Origin: a virus
Lineage: Duplodnaviria > Heunggongvirae > Uroviricota > Caudoviricetes
IMG/VR virus record: IMGVR_UViG_2558860274_000008
Location: 1-29,339 of that record
Strand: one strand, 5' to 3'
Length of the DNA: 29,339 nt
The translations under genes and the position numbers were made by a program. This document shows, piece after piece, positions 9,527 through 18,436 of the stretch (its first letter is position 1; each line of letters begins with the position of its first letter). Under the pieces are notes generated by a model. It was not told the origin of the DNA and did not search any database. It saw only the letters and a list, made by a program, of their open reading frames with translations.

Positions 9527-11070
9527 AAAACCACCTTCGCCAGATTATCAACGATGGCTCTGTTCAGACGCGCCTCTTCTTCCAGTTGCGCTTCAAACTC
9601 AGCTTTAAGAGCCGTAAAGCGTTCTTTAAAGTCGAAATCGTCTTCTTCATCAGCAAGACCAACATAACGGCCAGGTGTCAGCACATAATCGAGTTTAGCA
9701 ACTTCAGCAATGTCTACTGACGCACAGAAACCAGCGACGTCTTCGTAGTCGCCACCTTTGTTACGCCAGTTATGATAGGTATCAGCGATGGTTTTTATAT
9801 CGTCGTCAGAAAGTACTTTGGTACGACGATTAATTAAATGACCGAGATTACGGGCATCAATAAACAGAATTTCTTTACTACGATCACGATACTGGTTGCT
9901 GTTATGACGGTCACGGCGCATAAACCATAATGCAGCAGGGATCTGAGTATTCAGGAACAGCTTTGCCGGTAAGTTGACGATACAGTCAATCACATTGGCA
10001 TCTTTTACCAGTGCAGCACGAATATCACCTTCACCAGAGCTTTTAGAAGTTAATGCCCCTTTTGCCAGAACAACACCCGCTTGCCCTTTAGGAGACAAGT
10101 GATACAAAAAATGTTGCATCCATGCAAAGTTAGCGTTGCCAGCAGGTGGAATGCCATATTGCCAGCGGGCATCACCACGAAGCTGCTCACCAGACCAGTC
10201 GGAAACGTTAAACGGTGGGTTAGCTATGATAAAATCAGATTTCAAATCTTTGTGAGCATCGTTAAGAAATGAACCTTCATTATTCCAGCGAACGTGTTCA
10301 GAATTAATCCCACGAATTGCCAGGTTCATTTTTGCCAGACGCCAAGTGGTCTGGTTGGACTCCTGCCCATAGATCGAAATATCGTCAATATTTCCCTGAT
10401 GTGCTTCTACAAATTTTTCTGACTGAACGAACATACCACCAGAACCACAGCAGGGATCAAAGACACGGCCTTTATAGGGTTCCAGCATGTTAACCAGCAG
10501 GCTTACAATAGATTTTGGCGTATAGAACTGGCCGCCTTGTTTGCCTTCTGCCAGTGCAAATTCACCTAGGAAGTATTCGAATACGTGACCTAAAACGTCA
10601 GCAGAGCGTGCTTTGGCATCTCCTAGTGCAATGTTGCCAATCAGATCTATCAGCTCACCCAGAACAGTGGCGTCGAGGTTTTGTCGGGCATAGACTTTCG
10701 GCAACACACCTTTTAACTGTGGATTGCCCGCTTCGATAAGCTCCATCGCATCATCAACCATCTTACCGATTTCAGGAAGCTTGGCCTTAGAAATCAGATA
10801 GTTCCAACGTGCAAGCTCAGGGACAAAGAAAACGTTGTAAGCGGTGTACTCGTCTTTGTCTTCCGGATCAGCACCTGCGAACTCGCCTTTACCGGCTTTC
10901 AGCAACTCATAATGAGATTCAAAAGAATCAGAAATGTACTTAAGGAAAATGAGGCCTAGTACGACGTGCTTGTACTCGGCTGCATCAATGTTTTTACGCA
11001 GTTTGTCTGCCGCTTTCCACAGGATGACCTCTAACGGGTCTGTTTTGATTTCTTTAGGTTTTCTGGCCAT
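9523..11070 (-). CDS. hsdM: Type I restriction-modification N6-adenine DNA methyltransferase (HsdM)
   Basis: 515-aa ORF with the SAM-binding motif ([12 protein letters not shown]) and catalytic NPPF motif (IIANPPFN). Confidence 0.93.
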   Translation of the reverse strand: MARKPKEIKTDPLEVILWKAADKLRKNIDAAEYKHVVLGLIFLKYISDSFESHYELLKAGKGEFAGADPEDKDEYTAYNVFFVPELARWNYLISKAKLPEIGKMVDDAMELIEAGNPQLKGVLPKVYARQNLDATVLGELIDLIGNIALGDAKARSADVLGHVFEYFLGEFALAEGKQGGQFYTPKSIVSLLVNMLEPYKGRVFDPCCGSGGMFVQSEKFVEAHQGNIDDISIYGQESNQTTWRLAKMNLAIRGINSEHVRWNNEGSFLNDAHKDLKSDFIIANPPFNVSDWSGEQLRGDARWQYGIPPAGNANFAWMQHFLYHLSPKGQAGVVLAKGALTSKSSGEGDIRAALVKDANVIDCIVNLPAKLFLNTQIPAALWFMRRDRHNSNQYRDRSKEILFIDARNLGHLINRRTKVLSDDDIKTIADTYHNWRNKGGDYEDVAGFCASVDIAEVAKLDYVLTPGRYVGLADEEDDFDFKERFTALKAEFEAQLEEEARLNRAIVDNLAKVVL

Positions 11071-11329
11071 TAGCGTAACCTTATGAAGGGGGAAGATGGC
11101 CCTATTTTGCCTTAAAGTTCCGCTTGTTACGAGCTTATACAGCGATTAATTATTATCTGGTTTTAGTGTGTTCGTGTAGCTCAGCAAGTGCAATGACTCA
11201 TGGAGTAAATGCTTTGTAGCGGGATTGTAGATGTCAGGTCATTGCCGTCAATGGAGCCAGTGTCATTGGCATAATTGCTGCACAGCCGATGCCACGCGCA
11301 CATTCGCTAGTTCACTGTGGTTCATCGTG

Positions 11330-11552
11330 TGTACTACACCAGTACGCAGTCCGGGAAGTAACGGCATGGCAGAATCGTTTGTAAAGACGTTCAAGCGGGA
11401 TTATGTGTACGTAGATGATCTGCTGGATGCAGTCTAAATGATGGAAACAATGGCAGAATAGATAGAGGATTATAATAATCTGCATCCACACAAGGGGTTG
11501 AACATGAAATCGCCACGCGAATATCGTGATGCCATATTAGCAGTTAATTAGC
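11330..11552 (+). pseudogene. IS3-family-like DDE transposase/integrase-core C-terminal remnant with in-frame stops
   Basis: Translation ...SNGMAESFVKTFKRDYVY..DLLDAV*..MAE*IEDYNNLHPHKGLNMKSPREY resembles the C-terminal end of an rve-type transposase, interrupted by two stop codons. No N-terminal part is present. Confidence 0.6.
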
Positions 11553-12665
11553 CGTGTCCGTTTTAGCAGGGACAACTCCAGTATTCAAAAAAGCTTTCTT
11601 AGTGCATATGCATGAGGTGAATAGATGTACAGGCTATGACAAACCATAGTTGTAATTTTTAATGTTTAAAATTCTCCGTTACAGTAGGACATTCCTTGTA
11701 CATTAAATTCCATCTAAGGTTGAATTTTTAATTTAATAAGGTCGCAATCTAAAATGATGTGTATGGGGTTATTTGTAAGATGATTTTTTATTTTTGATAG
11801 TGGTGATTAAGGGAGCGGGTAATGTTTGTCTATTCAAAAATATAGAGATTCAAGGTTGGTAGCAGTTTGGCTTCTTTTATAACCGAAGGGCAGAAAAGCA
11901 AGGGGAACTCGAAGAAGCAAGCGCAGCGGCTTCGCAGAGTTAGCCCTTGCTTCTCTTATAATTGGCATTATTCATTCAAGAACAATAGGATCTTCGCTTG
12001 TACAAGCGAAGCTATAATAAAAACAATCAATTAATAATTTTAAAAGTATTAAACAAGAACCTATTGACATTCATAAAATACAAGTTATTTATAATGTATG
12101 CCATAAATAAAAAGTTTTATGTCATATGTATCCTGCACTATGTGCAGTTAATGTACCACTTGTCCCATAGATGGGAATATTGGAAAGGTTACTTTGTTTT
12201 GAAGTAGCCTTTCGTCCTTCAATATTAACGATTACTTATTGCTATTACCAAGTCCAGTCGAATCGAAGAACATCTTTTATCTGAAACGACTCCTAATACC
12301 CGGTTAAAACCACAATATCTCTCGCATACGTAGACCAAAGAAAAATTATGATATTAACTATGTGATTTTTTTAGTGTTAAGTTGAATAATTAAATACTGG
12401 AGAGTTTTCTGTGCACTACCAATTGCTGGTTCATCTGTTCTGCCGCTGATGTTTCTGACGAATCTCCCGGTGACACAGAACTGTCCCTCTCTACCAGCCT
12501 TTATTCGACTCAATGTCCGGCTGCTGATACGCAGTTATCCCTTCGTATCAATGACTGACACTTAAACGTAATGCTTTGGTTGCTGGCGTATCTGACAGCT
12601 TCTTCGGCGTGAAGGTCGTTGTGTAAGTATACTTCTTGGTTTATTTAGGCTATATAAAACCATGA

Positions 12666-13562
12666 CTATGACTTGCTGTTTTCAGTAAGAGTCTTATCAT
12701 CCAAAGAATTTATTCTAGAAATTCTTTTTAACTCATTAAGATAATCAACCTCGTTTTCTAAGAACCAATGAAGAACTTTAGAATTGCCAAGTAATTTATT
12801 AATATATGACTGGATTATAACGAATTTCAACATATCTGAACCATACTCGGTTTGAAGCTTTTTCGTTTCTTCCGAAGTTGTTGCCATTTCTTGTTCCAGA
12901 CGAAGTATGGTTTTTTTTATGTCCTTTTTATAGGGAGTGTTTTTCCCTTTATTTACTATCATCGATGCCGGTGTTGCATCCAAGATGCTCATTGCAAATT
13001 TTTTACTATAATTATCAAAATTAATCATTGTACCGACTGCTTCAATTTGGCGAATTGGCTTCATTTTCCTCAAAACGTCAAATGTAGCCTTAGGTATAGG
13101 TTTATCAGAAAGTTTCGCAATTACACTTGGATCTATGCCGTTCATCACATTCGCTTTATCTTTTATGGCATCAACAGATATGCCCAAAGCAGCACTAAGT
13201 TTTTCAATTGATACTTTTGCCAGAGACTTAATTATCATTCTATGTTCTTCAACTACATTTATATGATTCACTTGTTTGTTAGGAGTGAAAGCATCATCTA
13301 TGCTCGAAAGTATACATGGAGCTTTTTCTATACCTAAGTCTTTTAAAGCCTCAACCCTTAAATGGCCATCAAGTATCTTAGTGACATCTTTATCTTTGTC
13401 ATAGAATACTATTATTGGTTCAATAATACCTAAGCTTTCGATAGAGGTAACTATTTGATGATATTTATGGCTTCGCTTTACGTTTTCTAATAATTCCTTA
13501 GATGGAATTAACTTATTAGTTTCCAGGTAAATAAAATTATCGCCAAAACGTATCTGAATCAT
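12666..13562 (-). CDS. ParB-like protein (ParB/Spo0J N-terminal-domain fold plus HTH), paralog 2
   Basis: 298-aa ORF with segment IIEPIIVFYDKDKDVTKILDGHLRVEALKDLGIEKAPCIL and HTH-like SIEKLSAALGISVDAI. Start overlaps the upstream paralog's stop (ATGA). AT-rich. Confidence 0.65.
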   Translation of the reverse strand: MIQIRFGDNFIYLETNKLIPSKELLENVKRSHKYHQIVTSIESLGIIEPIIVFYDKDKDVTKILDGHLRVEALKDLGIEKAPCILSSIDDAFTPNKQVNHINVVEEHRMIIKSLAKVSIEKLSAALGISVDAIKDKANVMNGIDPSVIAKLSDKPIPKATFDVLRKMKPIRQIEAVGTMINFDNYSKKFAMSILDATPASMIVNKGKNTPYKKDIKKTILRLEQEMATTSEETKKLQTEYGSDMLKFVIIQSYINKLLGNSKVLHWFLENEVDYLNELKRISRINSLDDKTLTENSKS

Positions 13563-14455
13563 TTTAATACCTCTTTGTTTACTGGGGTTAATATCTGAGA
13601 TGGTAGTTCTGAAAGATTCTCTTGTTCAAGTATATGTTGAAAGCTTTTATTCATCATTATGATGTTAAAAATCTCATTTACTATTAGTAGGTTGGTTTTT
13701 ATGAATTTTGAGTTGTTATAAACAGATTTATGTTCAGCGATACTATTTTCATAAAGCTCAATCAACTCCTCTGCAGTCATCCTTTTTGATGGTTTGTGAT
13801 AATAAAATCCGGCTGCTTTTGCACCTTTATTCCCAACTGTTCTTTGATTTAGAATGTGTTTTATCTTTATAATGTCCCGACTTTTTATTAATTTTTTATC
13901 ATATGCTTCGGTAAGAATATCTTGTGCTTCCTCAGTTTCACATCTTGCAAATTGCACTGCGAGATACAGAGGCAAATTACCCCGTTCGACTGCTGAGAGA
14001 AGTTTATGCTCTCCCTTATCAAGTAGCATATTAATACTGCTCACCCAGTTCGATGAATATCCAGTAATCTCACTTATTTCGGAGTCTGAAAGTCCTCTGA
14101 TTTTCATGTCTTTAATCACCTGTAATAACTCATTAGAACGTGGTCTTCTCCTTGCAATGTTTTCAACTAAACTCATAACGTAAGCATCTTCTTCTGATAC
14201 ATCTCTTATAATTGCTGGAATAATAGTTTCACCTAATGCAACGAGAGCCTCTATTCTCCCTTGACCACAAATTAAAGCATATTTGAAATCACCTTCATCA
14301 ATAGCTCTTACGCTTATTGGCTTGCTTAATCCTCTTTTTTTTATGCTTTCCTTTATTTCTTCATGCACTACCTTATTTCTTGTTCGTGGGTTAAGAAATT
14401 TTATTTTTGCAATCTCAATTTGAATTATTGGGAATTCATTTTTTTCAGGCAGCAT
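13559..14455 (-). CDS. ParB-like protein (ParB/Spo0J N-terminal-domain fold plus HTH), paralog 1
   Basis: 298-aa ORF with segment KPISVRAIDEGDFKYALICGQGRIEALVALGETIIPAIIRDVSEEDAYVMSLVENIARRRP that parallels the Spo0J/ParB boxes (…Y.LIAGERR.RA…G…VPAIVRD…ENLQR). The arginine-rich motif is degenerate (GQGRIEA). Overlaps the recombinase stop by 11 nt. Confidence 0.7.
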   Translation of the reverse strand: MLPEKNEFPIIQIEIAKIKFLNPRTRNKVVHEEIKESIKKRGLSKPISVRAIDEGDFKYALICGQGRIEALVALGETIIPAIIRDVSEEDAYVMSLVENIARRRPRSNELLQVIKDMKIRGLSDSEISEITGYSSNWVSSINMLLDKGEHKLLSAVERGNLPLYLAVQFARCETEEAQDILTEAYDKKLIKSRDIIKIKHILNQRTVGNKGAKAAGFYYHKPSKRMTAEELIELYENSIAEHKSVYNNSKFIKTNLLIVNEIFNIIMMNKSFQHILEQENLSELPSQILTPVNKEVLK

Positions 14456-16001
14456 ATAGTTCCCTCACTTTCATGCGAGTAATAATTTGTAGAAGTTTAT
14501 CAAGATTATCAAATCTATAGAGATCTAATCGAATGTTGTTTGTTTCCGTCATGCACATTTTATTATATTCGTTTTCAATCTTTGGTATGATATAAAAATC
14601 AAGAGGTGAAATATTTTGTGAATTCATTCGTATAACAATTGTTATGTCTGCTTTCTGTGAGTTATCAAACCGGACTTTCCATCTAAGTTTACCTGATTTC
14701 ATATGTATGCATTTAGTAACAAGGACGGAAATTAAAAACTCATCATTGATGTAAAGCATTGGGGCATATTTATACTCGTCTATATGACAGTTACTTTTTA
14801 AAATTTCACCCTTAAAATCCTCAATTATCTCTGAGTAAAATGATCTTAGTGCTTCATTTATTTTGAGATAGCTGTAATCATGTTCTGGCTTATAACCAAT
14901 CAAAGTATATGCTCTTAAAAGACCACCAAATCGGGTTCTATAAACAGAAGATGAAGGGCCTGTATCATCTTCATCAATGATAAAGCCTGATAGTTTTCCA
15001 TTAGATTCTAATTTTTGTTTTAGTTTTTCTAATAGATCTTCATTAGTCAAATGAATGGATCGGAGCTGAATTATTTCTTGAGCTTTATTGTATTTTTTCT
15101 TTGAAATAATAGGTTTATATGCCTTGTCACATCTAACCCATTCATGTTTGGGGTTTTTTACAAGCCTACTTTTTAATTTAGATGAGGTTTTGTTATATAT
15201 GTTGTTTCCAATATATTTTTCATTTGTCAAAATTTGATGTATTTTTGCACGAGTCCATAATGTTCCATTTTCTGCAGGTATGTTCTGTTCATTTAATCTC
15301 TCAGCAATAATGAATTCTGGGACGTTATTATCTATAAAGAGATCATATATTCTATTTACAATTTTTATTTCATTTTTTGGTCCCGGAATTAATATTACCC
15401 TATCTGTTTGAATACTCTTTCTTTTGCGGAAACTCAATATTTCTTTAGCTATGCCATTTTCGTCTACTAAAAGACGTCTCAGCCCATAACCAGCCATACC
15501 GCCTTGATGATAACCAAGCTTTATTAAATTTACTTGCCCTATAAATACCTTTTCAGATAGATTCCTGCTGTGATATGCAGCACTAGATCTTTTTATATTC
15601 AGTATAACAGAGGACTCTAAAGGGAAATCTTTAGTGGGTATAGGTTCGGAACAATATATAAGATCTACACCATTTCTCTCAAATAGAAAGGAATAATATG
15701 CCGCTTCATCACTATTTTGAAAACGACCAAAACGGCTCACATCATAAAATAATACAGCCTGTATATCTATTTTCTTTTGTTCTACATCGCTAAGTAACTG
15801 CTGCAAAGAATGCCTGCCTACGATACTGACTCCGCTCTTACCTGCATCATCGTAGGTATAAGCGATTTCCATATTGTTCTTTTCAGCATAATCTTTGATA
15901 TATTCGGACTGATTATGTAAAGAATATTGCTGATGGTCGGTAGACATCCTCAAGTACTGCGCGACCCTAACTCTATGATTTTTGTCATTTTCGCTAGCCA
16001 T
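14445..16001 (-). CDS. Large serine recombinase (resolvase/invertase-type catalytic domain plus recombinase domain)
   Basis: 518-aa ORF whose N-terminus (VAQYLRMSTDHQ...YDDAGKSG...LQQLL...DVSRFGR) matches the serine-recombinase catalytic-domain pattern, followed by a long C-terminal extension typical of large serine recombinases. AT-rich, with an SD before the ATG. Confidence 0.85.
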   Translation of the reverse strand: MASENDKNHRVRVAQYLRMSTDHQQYSLHNQSEYIKDYAEKNNMEIAYTYDDAGKSGVSIVGRHSLQQLLSDVEQKKIDIQAVLFYDVSRFGRFQNSDEAAYYSFLFERNGVDLIYCSEPIPTKDFPLESSVILNIKRSSAAYHSRNLSEKVFIGQVNLIKLGYHQGGMAGYGLRRLLVDENGIAKEILSFRKRKSIQTDRVILIPGPKNEIKIVNRIYDLFIDNNVPEFIIAERLNEQNIPAENGTLWTRAKIHQILTNEKYIGNNIYNKTSSKLKSRLVKNPKHEWVRCDKAYKPIISKKKYNKAQEIIQLRSIHLTNEDLLEKLKQKLESNGKLSGFIIDEDDTGPSSSVYRTRFGGLLRAYTLIGYKPEHDYSYLKINEALRSFYSEIIEDFKGEILKSNCHIDEYKYAPMLYINDEFLISVLVTKCIHMKSGKLRWKVRFDNSQKADITIVIRMNSQNISPLDFYIIPKIENEYNKMCMTETNNIRLDLYRFDNLDKLLQIITRMKVRELYAA

Positions 16002-16170
16002 GCACGAAACCTCATGGATGATTCAATACAATGTAGTGGATAAAATTGATCAAATTTCAACCGAATTCAACTGTTTTATCATTGATTAGAGCGAATTTGG
16101 TAGATCTTCGAGGTGTATGATAATCGAGAAGAGATGTGAATTATTTAGCTGATATGACCGACAGCTTTCG

Positions 16171-16220
16171 TTATGTGGACTCAATGTCCCCATTTGTAAA
16201 TGGCTATGCTTAGTCCACAT
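16171..16220. promoter_or_regulatory. Nested dyad-symmetric site upstream of the serine recombinase operon
   Basis: Perfect 10-bp inverted repeat TATGTGGACT (16171-16180) / AGTCCACATA (16211-16220) enclosing an inner near-palindrome CCATTT-GT-AAATGG. No T-tract, so unlikely to be a terminator. Confidence 0.5.
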
Positions 16221-16283
16221 AGGTTAATGGTGTGATTATTAATTCTTTAACTAAATCAAGATAGTTAATCCATCATGGGAGAG

Positions 16284-17513
16284 TTATGCGGCAATAACTT
16301 TGCATTTTTGAGACGAAACATAGTCACTCCACCATTGCATGAGAACCACCCGTTCAGTGAGATACTCTGCACGATTGTAGGCTGCAATTATTTCATCTTT
16401 CTTCGAGTGGGCAAGGGCGGCTTCTAAGACATCAGTCCTAAACTTGCCAGACTCCTCAGCAGCCGTTCTAGCAATGGATCGCATACCGTGAGCTACAAGC
16501 TCACCTCCGAAACCCATACGGATTATGGCCGCATTAGCTGTTTGTTCATGCATGTGATTGAGTGGAGCTTTGATACTGGGGAACACCCACTCTCTATGCC
16601 CGCTGATGACTTTCATTAAATCCAAAACTCGCAAAGCTTCTTTGCTCAGTGGAACTTTGTGAGGCTTCTTCATTTTCATAAACTCCGCCGGGATGTTCCA
16701 CATGCCAGTTTCAATATCAATATCTGACCATCTTGTGCGAACAGCTTCACCTGGGCGAACCCATGTGAGAAGTTGCCACTCAATCAGTAGCCTTGTTTCC
16801 AAACGGATAGAAGCATTGTTTAGAGCAACCAAGAAGCGAGGGAGTTCGGAAGGGGGTAATGCTGGCATATTCTGTTTTTTTGGCTTGCTGAACCGTTGCC
16901 CCAGGTTGTCTGCCGGGTTGAATTCTATGAGTTCTTCTGTTGCTGCATAGCGGAAAATTTCATTCAGGCGGGATATGATGCGGCGAAGTGTTTCAAGGAC
17001 ACCTCGTTTTTCTATGGGTTCTAAATGCTGTTTAAGCATTTTAGGGCGAATCTCCTTAATTGGGGTATCACCCAATGTGGAAAAGATATTTCTCTCTAGG
17101 CTTCGCCAGATGTCGTTAGCATGATCTTGGGAGATGCCTGACGTTTTGACTTTCTCATCAAGCCACTTCTTGGCTACTGCTTGAAATGTATGTTCCGTGG
17201 CATCTTTCAGTGCATTGGCTTTTTGGTTGTTATGAACTTGGGGGTCTATACCATTTGTAAGCAACGACAAGTATTCATCACGTAAAGCTCGTGCCTTCGC
17301 AAGTGTAAGGTGAGGATAGGTTCCTAAGCTCACCTTAGTTCGCTTTTTGGTCACAGGCACTGCATATCTGAAATACCAATTTTTCTTCCCTCCCTTCGCC
17401 AGGGGAGCGATTCGCAACAGCAAACCATCGCCGTCAAAAAGGTTCACCTCTTTTTCGGCAGGTTTGGTGCTTTTGATTTCAGTGTCAGTGAGCTTCTTAG
17501 CGATTTTGGCCAT
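16284..17513 (-). CDS. int: P4-type tyrosine integrase
   Basis: Start placed at the internal Met (MAKIAKKLTDTEIK...), which has a GAGGG SD 8 nt upstream. C-terminal region has the tyrosine-recombinase R...H..R..Y pattern (AHGMRSIARTAA...AYNRAEYL). Sits next to a degenerate ssrA 3'-end repeat. Confidence 0.88.
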   Translation of the reverse strand: MAKIAKKLTDTEIKSTKPAEKEVNLFDGDGLLLRIAPLAKGGKKNWYFRYAVPVTKKRTKVSLGTYPHLTLAKARALRDEYLSLLTNGIDPQVHNNQKANALKDATEHTFQAVAKKWLDEKVKTSGISQDHANDIWRSLERNIFSTLGDTPIKEIRPKMLKQHLEPIEKRGVLETLRRIISRLNEIFRYAATEELIEFNPADNLGQRFSKPKKQNMPALPPSELPRFLVALNNASIRLETRLLIEWQLLTWVRPGEAVRTRWSDIDIETGMWNIPAEFMKMKKPHKVPLSKEALRVLDLMKVISGHREWVFPSIKAPLNHMHEQTANAAIIRMGFGGELVAHGMRSIARTAAEESGKFRTDVLEAALAHSKKDEIIAAYNRAEYLTERVVLMQWWSDYVSSQKCKVIAA

Positions 17514-17611
17514 GTTTGGGACCCTCGATTTTAGGACCCATCTTCGTGGGTCCCATTCAGGGTGCCATAACTCGTAGTTCTCAGCAATTCTCACTAGACT
17601 ACAATAGACGT

Positions 17612-17644
17612 AAAAAAGCCCGCAGAGCTTGTGCTGTGCGGGCT
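17612..17644 (-). terminator. Rho-independent terminator-like hairpin (minus strand) between the degenerate att repeat and int
   Basis: GCCCGCACAGCACAAGCTCTGCGGGC followed by a T-run on the minus strand. Nearly identical to the hairpin at 22175-22207. Confidence 0.6.
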
Positions 17645-17679
17645 TAGTAGACTTTACTGAACTTCAGTACATCAATATT

Positions 17680-17701
17680 TGGTGGGCTGGCGGAGTTTGA
17701 A
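17680..17701. repeat. Degenerate copy of the ssrA 3' end (oldest att remnant)
   Basis: TGGTGGGCTGGCGGAGTTTGAA versus TGGTGGAGCTGGCGGGAGTTGAACC at 22243 and 28280. Same position relative to the terminator hairpin and integrase as the copy at 22243. Confidence 0.6.
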
Positions 17702-17845
17702 TAAATATCGTATTGCTTTGATTTTTAATGGTTTTGTTTAATTCAGTTTTTGTGCGTATACCTAATCGTATACCAATGGCTGTAAGTTAATGTGAAATGA
17801 AAGCGCATTTTTACTTGGATTGATGCTATATCGTACAGGAAAAAA

Positions 17846-18140
17846 TTTTTTTTTCGAAAGAACTGTTCACACTGTTCATCTTTCTGTTTTCTCCTTTTAT
17901 TTCAGTTGGATAGGTGGTGAATAATGGGTGAAGGGTGAACATTCGATTCTTCACCTCCGGCATTCTGCCGGTGTGACTTGTGCAGGGGATTAATCCTCCG
18001 CACTGAAATCACACAGGGAGAAAAAAGTTTTTTTTGATTTGATTGTTCACACTGTTCACCTTTCATTTTTCTCTTTTAATTTCAGTGTGATAACGGGTGA
18101 ATACACGGTGAAGGGTGAACAGTGGATTGTTCACCTTCGG
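17846..18140. repeat. P4 crr-like region: two direct repeats of about 115 bp, each carrying TGTTCAC(C)/GGTGAA(CA) iterons
   Basis: Unit 1 about 17846-17960 and unit 2 about 18026-18140 are near-identical. Each contains ..TGTTCACACTGTTCA.. and GGTGAA..GGTGAAGGGTGAACA..TTCACC. Confidence 0.65.
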
Positions 18141-18153
18141 GGAATTCAGGGAT

Positions 18154-18178
18154 AAAAAAAGACCGGCAGATGCCGGTC
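18154..18178 (-). terminator. Rho-independent terminator (minus strand) downstream of the alpha fragment
   Basis: Perfect hairpin GACCGGCA-GA-TGCCGGTC followed by a run of seven T on the minus strand. Confidence 0.6.
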
Positions 18179-18194
18179 AGATGAGTCATGAGGG

Positions 18195-18422
18195 TCAGGT
18201 TGTTGCAGGGTCGTCACATTTTGGCAGCCAGTCGCCGTAGCTTTCCTCTTTCAGCGTCAGGTTGGTCTGTATCCCCTGTTTGGTATGGCGCTTCTCGTAA
18301 TTCAGTCCGTATTCCTTCAGCATCACCGGCAGCCCCAGCCCGAACATTTTCAGACTGAGTACATTCCGGTAGCCGTTTGCCTCCATGTAGGCCAGATAAA
18401 GGCCTTGCACTGTCAAGAACAT
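18195..18422 (-). pseudogene. C-terminal fragment of a P4 alpha-type primase
   Basis: 75 codons (..GLYLAYMEANGYRNVLSLKMFGLGLPVMLKEYGLNYEKRHTKQG..) resembling the C-terminal tail of P4-family primases. No upstream catalytic domains. Confidence 0.5.
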
Positions 18423-18436
18423 CGCGGCGTCTGTCT

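Noticed and set aside
5461-10739. Short plus-strand ORFs within hsdR, hsdS and hsdM (for example 5461-5706, 5690-5941, 6604-6846, 7594-7821, 10081-10272, 10515-10739)
   Set aside because: Embedded antisense to long, motif-bearing hsd genes. Likely spurious.
11231-11437. 68-aa ORF called as starting MSGHCRQWSQ...
   Set aside because: Only its C-terminal third resembles a transposase, and it is followed by in-frame stops. Treated as part of an IS3-type remnant rather than a real gene.
11998-12207. 69-aa low-complexity ORF in the AT-rich stretch
   Set aside because: Lys/Asn/Ile/Tyr-rich translation typical of random AT-rich DNA, with no SD.
16284-17594. N-terminal extension of the island-3 integrase (MRIAENYELWHPEWDPRRWVLKSRVPN...)
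   Set aside because: The extension overlaps the terminator hairpin region and lacks an SD. The internal Met at 17513 has a GAGGG SD and gives the canonical P4-type N-terminus.
17846-18140. Possible CRISPR array
   Set aside because: Only two long (about 115 bp) repeats with internal iterons and no short regular spacer-repeat periodicity. Fits P4 crr-type iteron repeats instead.
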